From positions 1-10,856 of the IMG/VR virus record IMGVR_UViG_2695420523_000025: DNA of 10,856 nucleotides, one strand, 5' to 3'. Numbering within the stretch: the stretch's first letter is position 1; the number at the start of each line of letters is the position of its first letter. The notes beneath the pieces are model-generated. The model saw only the letters and a list, made by a program, of their open reading frames with translations, had not been told where the DNA came from and did not search any database. Source of the stretch: a virus (lineage: Duplodnaviria; Heunggongvirae; Uroviricota; Caudoviricetes). The position numbers and the translations under genes were made by a program. Positions 7,151-10,856 of this stretch are shown piece by piece.

Positions 7151-7569
7151 CAGCACAGATAGCGGCTTACGGGCGGCTGGTGGCTGACCCGCAGTTAAAG
7201 ACCACCAGCAAGGGTACACAAATGACGATGGCGAGTATGGCGGTCCCACTTCCGTGCAGCCAGGCAGATGACGGAACGGCGACGATGTGGTTATCCGTCC
7301 TGGCGTTTGGCAGACAGGCCGAAGCACTGGCAAAGCACCGCAAGGGTGAACTCCTGAGCGTGGCGGGTAACATGCAGGTGAGCCAGTGGACCGGACAGAA
7401 CGGGGAGACGCGGCAGGGCTGGCAGGTTATCGCAGACAGCGTAATCAGTGCGAGAACGGCGCGACCGGGCGGCAAAAAAGGCCAACAGGGGCAGGCTACT
7501 GATGCACTGAGCAGAGCAAAACAACAGGCGGGAAATGATGATCCGTACGGGGATAACATACCGTTTTAA
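7147..7569 (+). CDS. ssb: Single-stranded DNA-binding protein (SSB family) with acidic C-terminal tip ending IPF
   Basis: 140-aa OB-fold-like N-terminus (IAAYGRLVADPQLK...WLSVLAFGRQAEALAKHRKGELLSVAGNMQVSQWTGQNGETRQGWQVIADSV) that parallels E. coli SSB block by block. Gly/Gln-rich linker. C-terminus DDPYGDNIPF compared with SSB DFDDDIPF. Confidence 0.8.
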   Translation: MTAQIAAYGRLVADPQLKTTSKGTQMTMASMAVPLPCSQADDGTATMWLSVLAFGRQAEALAKHRKGELLSVAGNMQVSQWTGQNGETRQGWQVIADSVISARTARPGGKKGQQGQATDALSRAKQQAGNDDPYGDNIPF

Positions 7570-7585
7570 GCAACGAGTAACAGAA

Positions 7586-7607
7586 GCCGGAGCAATCCGG
7601 CTTTTTT
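7586..7607 (+). terminator. Intrinsic terminator after the SSB-like gene
   Basis: GCCGGA (7586-7591), loop GCAA, TCCGGC (7596-7601), then TTTTTT (7602-7607). Confidence 0.7.
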
Positions 7608-7609
7608 AT

Positions 7610-7681
7610 GGGTCCTCCCGGTGTAGTGACCTGCCACGGGGCGGGAGCGTCGCGGAAAAAGGCTGGTTTTTGCATTTTCAT
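7610..7681 (+). repeat. Copy 1 of a 72-bp GC-rich intergenic module; candidate shared regulatory element
   Basis: GGGTCCTCCCGGTG...CTGCCACGGGGCGGGAGCG.CGCGGAAAAAGGCT.GTTTTTGCATTTTCAT. 66 of 72 positions match the copy at 10146-10217 by manual alignment. It begins 3 nt after the terminator T-run. Confidence 0.6.
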
Positions 7682-7868
7682 GGCGGCGGCAGCATGTGTA
7701 GTAATTTATTGATAATTAAAAGTTATTTCTGTTTTCACCTGTACAATATTTTTTTCTCCCTGTCATTAGACCAGTTTGCAATTAATTGAAATATATAAAT
7801 AAATCTGTTTTTCACCTGCCAGGTGGAGTTGCCTGTGTCAAAACGTGTTCAGATGGCGGGATATTTAT

Positions 7869-7892
7869 GCCGGATTTTATCCGGCTTTTTTG
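7869..7892 (+). terminator. Intrinsic terminator inside the intergenic region upstream of the capsid operon
   Basis: GCCGGA (7869-7874), loop TTTTA, TCCGGC (7880-7885), then TTTTTT (7886-7891). The stem is the same as in the 7586 terminator. Confidence 0.6.
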
Positions 7893-7993
7893 TGTCTGAA
7901 TCTCATTAATCTATTTTTATGATAGAAATATGTTTATCTACCACTTTTATCGATCAATAATGTGCACAGTTTAGTCAGTAAGAGGAAGTTACT

Positions 7994-8203
7994 GTGAGTT
8001 GTATTAATGACCTGAACACGGGCGATATCAGGGGTGGTTCCGTTCATCTGGATGCGCAGACCGTTATGCGCCTTAAGCAGTACAGGATCGACCATATAAA
8101 TCATCATCCTGACAAACCATTACCAGGTGTGGCGCAGATTGTCAGGCATGCCGTAAACGCCTGGCTTAATCAGAGTGGTTTTGCATCGGAGAGTGAGCAA
8201 TGA
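7994..8203 (+). CDS. Small hypothetical protein (69 aa), translationally coupled to the protease-capsid gene
   Basis: GTG start with strong RBS AAGAGGAAG 7 nt upstream. Its stop TGA (8201-8203) overlaps the ATG at 8200-8202. A weak RHH-like pattern (MRLKQYRIDH...VAQIVRHAVNAWL) is not conclusive. Confidence 0.5.
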   Translation: MSCINDLNTGDIRGGSVHLDAQTVMRLKQYRIDHINHHPDKPLPGVAQIVRHAVNAWLNQSGFASESEQ

Positions 8204-10113
8204 ATCACTGGTACACCATTAAGGCGGCGGATGTTCGCGGAGCGGCGGATATATCTATCTATGAGGAGATTGGCGGCTTCGGTGTTACTGCAAAGCAGTT
8301 CGCGGAAGACCTGAAAGCCCTTGGCGATGTTTCACATATCAATCTGAGGATCCATTCACCAGGTGGTGATGTGTTTGAAGGCATCGCCATCTATAACCTG
8401 CTACGGAATCATCCGGCAGACATTACGGTTTATATCGATGGTGTTGCGGCTTCAATGGCTTCGGTTGTCGCAATGGCTGGCGATCGTGTTGTTATGCCGG
8501 AGAACGCCATGATGATGATCCATAAACCGTGGGGTATCTCTGGCGGAAATGCTGGCGATATGCGTGATTATGCTGATTTGCTGGATAAGGTGGAAACCGT
8601 GTTAATCCCTGCTTATGCCAGAAAAACGGGCAAATCAGCACAGGAAATTACCGCCATGCTGGAGGATGAAACCTGGATGGATGGGAAAGAATGCCTTAAG
8701 CACGGTTTTGCTGATGAATTGTTGCCATCCGTCAGAGCAATGGCGCGAATTGAATCGAAACGCACAGGAGATTTTTTACATATGCCGGAAACCATTAAAG
8801 GAATGATTACACCGCCACAGGGAGCGGCAAATATTGCTGGTAATGAACAGAAGCGCATCAATGGAATAAGTGAAGTGTTTAGCTTGTTCGGCAGTCGTTA
8901 CGACGGGATCAAAATGGCGTGTCTGGAAGATGCATCATGTACACCGGAAATGGCCCGTGAAAAGCTGTTGAACGAGCTGGGGCGCGAGTCCACGCCATCC
9001 AATAAAAATACCCCGCCTCATATCTATGCCGGAAACGGAAACATAACAGGTGATGCAATTCGTCAGGGGCTTTATTCCCGTCTTGGGTATGAACGCCCTG
9101 AACGAGGCAACCCTTACGCGATGATGAGCCTTTTTGAAATGGCCCAGGCATCACTGGTTGATCGTGGTATCACTGTGAGCGGTTTTATTAATCGCTCGCA
9201 GGTTGTTAATGCGGCTTTTACACACAGCAGCAGCGATTTTTCTCATATTCTGGCTGGTGGCGCTGAAAAATCAGTACTGAAAGGCTGGCAGGACAGCGGC
9301 GAAACGTTCCAGAAATGGACGCGTACCGGTTCGCTTTCAAACTTTCATGAAGCAAAGCGCGTTGGTCTGAATGGTTTTTCAAAGCTGGATAAAGTACCGG
9401 AAGGCGCGGAATATAAATACATCACCACTAGCGATAAAGGTGTACCTATTGCGCTGGCCACGTACGGGAATATTTTTTCCGTTACCCGTCAGGCCATTAT
9501 CAACGATGACCTGACCCAGTTAACTACAATCCCCATGGCGATGGGACGCGCAGCTGCCAGAACAGTTGGCAATCTGGTTTATCTCCTGTTAACCAGCAAC
9601 GGCAAGTTTACGGATGGTAAAGCGTTATTCCATGCCGATCATAAAAATCTTATTGCGAAGGATATGGACATGGAGGGGCTTAACGAAGCCCGTAAGCTGA
9701 TGCGCCTCCAGGAAGACGCTAACGGCGATTCGCTGAATATTACCCCCGCATTTGTCCTGGTCCCCGCCGCGCTGGAGTCTGCCGCACATCGCGCCATTCT
9801 GTCATCGTCATCACTCTTTCCGGTTGATGGCGTGGGCACTATCAATCAGAACCCCGGCATCATTAACGTGGTGAAAGATATGGCGGAGGTAATCGTTGAG
9901 CCACGTCTTGATAAAGCCAATAACAAGGAGTGGTATGTGGCAGCGGCGAAGGGTATGGACACGATAGAGGTCGCTTATCTTGATGGTATTGATACGCCAT
10001 ATCTTGAGGAGCAGGAGGGCTTTACTGTTGATGGCGTCGCCTGGAAGGTGCGCATAGATGCAGGTGTCGCGGCCCTCGACTATCGCGGATTACTGAAATC
10101 GAGTGGAGCATGA
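8200..10113 (+). CDS. Fusion protein: N-terminal ClpP-like (S14-type) prohead serine protease joined to a C-terminal putative major capsid domain
   Basis: N-terminal 200 aa carry ClpP signatures HSPGGDVFEGIAIYNLL, catalytic-serine context GVAASMASVVAMAGD and histidine context MMMIHKPWG. The remaining roughly 430 aa have the size and position expected of a scaffold plus capsid region. The capsid assignment is from context and general resemblance, not a verified alignment. Confidence 0.8.
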   Translation: MNHWYTIKAADVRGAADISIYEEIGGFGVTAKQFAEDLKALGDVSHINLRIHSPGGDVFEGIAIYNLLRNHPADITVYIDGVAASMASVVAMAGDRVVMPENAMMMIHKPWGISGGNAGDMRDYADLLDKVETVLIPAYARKTGKSAQEITAMLEDETWMDGKECLKHGFADELLPSVRAMARIESKRTGDFLHMPETIKGMITPPQGAANIAGNEQKRINGISEVFSLFGSRYDGIKMACLEDASCTPEMAREKLLNELGRESTPSNKNTPPHIYAGNGNITGDAIRQGLYSRLGYERPERGNPYAMMSLFEMAQASLVDRGITVSGFINRSQVVNAAFTHSSSDFSHILAGGAEKSVLKGWQDSGETFQKWTRTGSLSNFHEAKRVGLNGFSKLDKVPEGAEYKYITTSDKGVPIALATYGNIFSVTRQAIINDDLTQLTTIPMAMGRAAARTVGNLVYLLLTSNGKFTDGKALFHADHKNLIAKDMDMEGLNEARKLMRLQEDANGDSLNITPAFVLVPAALESAAHRAILSSSSLFPVDGVGTINQNPGIINVVKDMAEVIVEPRLDKANNKEWYVAAAKGMDTIEVAYLDGIDTPYLEEQEGFTVDGVAWKVRIDAGVAALDYRGLLKSSGA

Positions 10114-10120
10114 CAACAAG

Positions 10121-10143
10121 GGCGGCGATAGCCGCCTTTTTTT
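10121..10143 (+). terminator. Intrinsic terminator after the protease-capsid gene
   Basis: GGCGGC (10121-10126), loop GATA, GCCGCC (10131-10136), then TTTTTTT (10137-10143). Confidence 0.7.
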
Positions 10144-10145
10144 AC

Positions 10146-10217
10146 GGGTCCTCCCGGTGGGGTGGTCTGCCACGGGGCGGGAGCGGCGCGGAAAAAGGCT
10201 AGTTTTTGCATTTTCAT
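10146..10217 (+). repeat. Copy 2 of the 72-bp GC-rich intergenic module
   Basis: Matches 7610-7681 at 66 of 72 positions. It has the same placement, 2 nt after a terminator T-run and upstream of the next operon. Confidence 0.6.
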
Positions 10218-10370
10218 TCGTCATCATCATCTTTCTATTGTATTGAATTTTAAGTATTTTTATTTTTGGCATGTTAATTTTGCTTGTTTTATGCTCAACA
10301 TATAGCGCATTTTTTGACCTCTTCTGAAAGTTGTTCGCAAGATGCATGTTTAAAACATTCTGGAGCGGGT

Positions 10371-10856
10371 ATGGATCGAGAACTGAAAAATCTGATGCTG
10401 AACATTAATCAACTGGCGGCGATAGCGGGAATATGTCGTCAGACTGCGGCGGCAAGGCTGAAAAACATCCAGCCAGCCGGAGGGCATGACAAGCTAAAAC
10501 TCTATCGGGTGACTGACATTCTGACCTGTTTTCTTGATCTTCCCGTTCCGGCATCACTGGAAGAAATGGAGCCACATGACCGTAAGGCCTGGTATCAGTC
10601 CGAACGTGAGCGCCTCAGGTTCGAACAGGAAACGGCGCAACTCATACCCGCCGATGATGTGCGAAAAGAGATGGCTATATGGGGGGAAATCGTAAGCGAG
10701 GAACTGGCAAAACTCCCCAATATTCTGGCACGTGATGCCGGGCTTAAACCGATGGCAGTAAACAGAGTGCAGTCAATTATTGACGATTTGCGTAATCAGA
10801 TTATCAGCCGGATGGTAAAAAATGACGTAGTGAATGAGGTCGCAAAACAGGCATGA
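10371..10856 (+). CDS. Nu1-like small terminase subunit or packaging-specificity DNA-binding protein
   Basis: Start taken at ATG 10371 (RBS GGAG 5 nt upstream) rather than the ORF-track 10284. N-terminal HTH-like LNINQLAAIAGICRQTAAARLKN, then a LY...ERERLRFEQE region and a C-terminal helical region, with an overall layout like lambda Nu1. The stop is at the last 3 nt of the window. Confidence 0.55.
   Translation: MDRELKNLMLNINQLAAIAGICRQTAAARLKNIQPAGGHDKLKLYRVTDILTCFLDLPVPASLEEMEPHDRKAWYQSERERLRFEQETAQLIPADDVRKEMAIWGEIVSEELAKLPNILARDAGLKPMAVNRVQSIIDDLRNQIISRMVKNDVVNEVAKQA

Larger units (their letters stand above)
814..10856 (+). mobile_element. Integrated phage satellite (PICI-like, P4-type integrase) with its own replication, capsid and packaging-specificity genes; right end off-window
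   Basis: Gene content and order: int, alpA, Bro-N, divergent regulator, primase/helicase, iterons, SSB, protease-capsid fusion, TerS-like. No tail, lysis or large terminase genes appear in 10 kb. Composition shifts at the junction with the portal fragment. Confidence 0.7.

Noticed and set aside
7535-7789. 84-aa + ORF across the SSB stop, terminator and repeat module
   Set aside because: It overlaps the SSB 3' end out of frame and spans a terminator hairpin and a non-coding repeat.
7838-7912. 24-codon GTG-initiated ORF running through the 7869 terminator
   Set aside because: It is too short and overlaps a terminator hairpin. It is mentioned only as a possible leader peptide, with no support beyond an upstream GGAG.
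8613-9845. ORFs 8613..8861 (-), 8615..8806 (+), 8909..9154 (-) and 9639..9845 (-) inside the protease-capsid gene
   Set aside because: They are embedded in a long, motif-supported coding frame, so they are shadow ORFs.
10090-10347. 85-aa minus-strand ORF across terminator, module copy 2 and the AT-rich spacer
   Set aside because: It is antisense through a terminator and the conserved module with no start signals, so likely spurious.
10284-10370. Upstream ATG at 10284 as the start of the TerS-like gene
   Set aside because: There is no RBS, and the added 29 residues are low-complexity and read through an AT-rich promoter-like region. ATG 10371 has GGAG 5 nt upstream.

Overview
Most of this window is one integrated mobile element of the phage-satellite kind (PICI-like, with a P4-type integrase), starting near nt 815 and running off the right edge. 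To its left is the 5' part of a lambda gpB-family portal gene whose frame leaves portal-like sequence near nt 813 and stops at 861, so the element appears to sit inside a lambdoid prophage portal gene. Element gene order (+ strand unless noted): three arm-type direct repeats, tyrosine integrase, AlpA-family regulator, terminator, Bro-N domain protein, a minus-strand ribbon-helix-helix-like regulator facing a divergent promoter/operator region, three small unknown genes coupled to a P4-alpha-like primase/helicase, an iteron-rich origin, a small unknown gene coupled to an SSB-like protein, then a structural module with a 637-aa ClpP-like protease fused to a putative major capsid domain and a Nu1-like small terminase. 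A 72-bp GC-rich module occurs twice (66/72 identical by manual alignment), each time directly after an intrinsic terminator and upstream of a structural operon. No rRNA, tRNA or CRISPR array was seen. All family assignments rest on motif recognition by eye, not on database searches.
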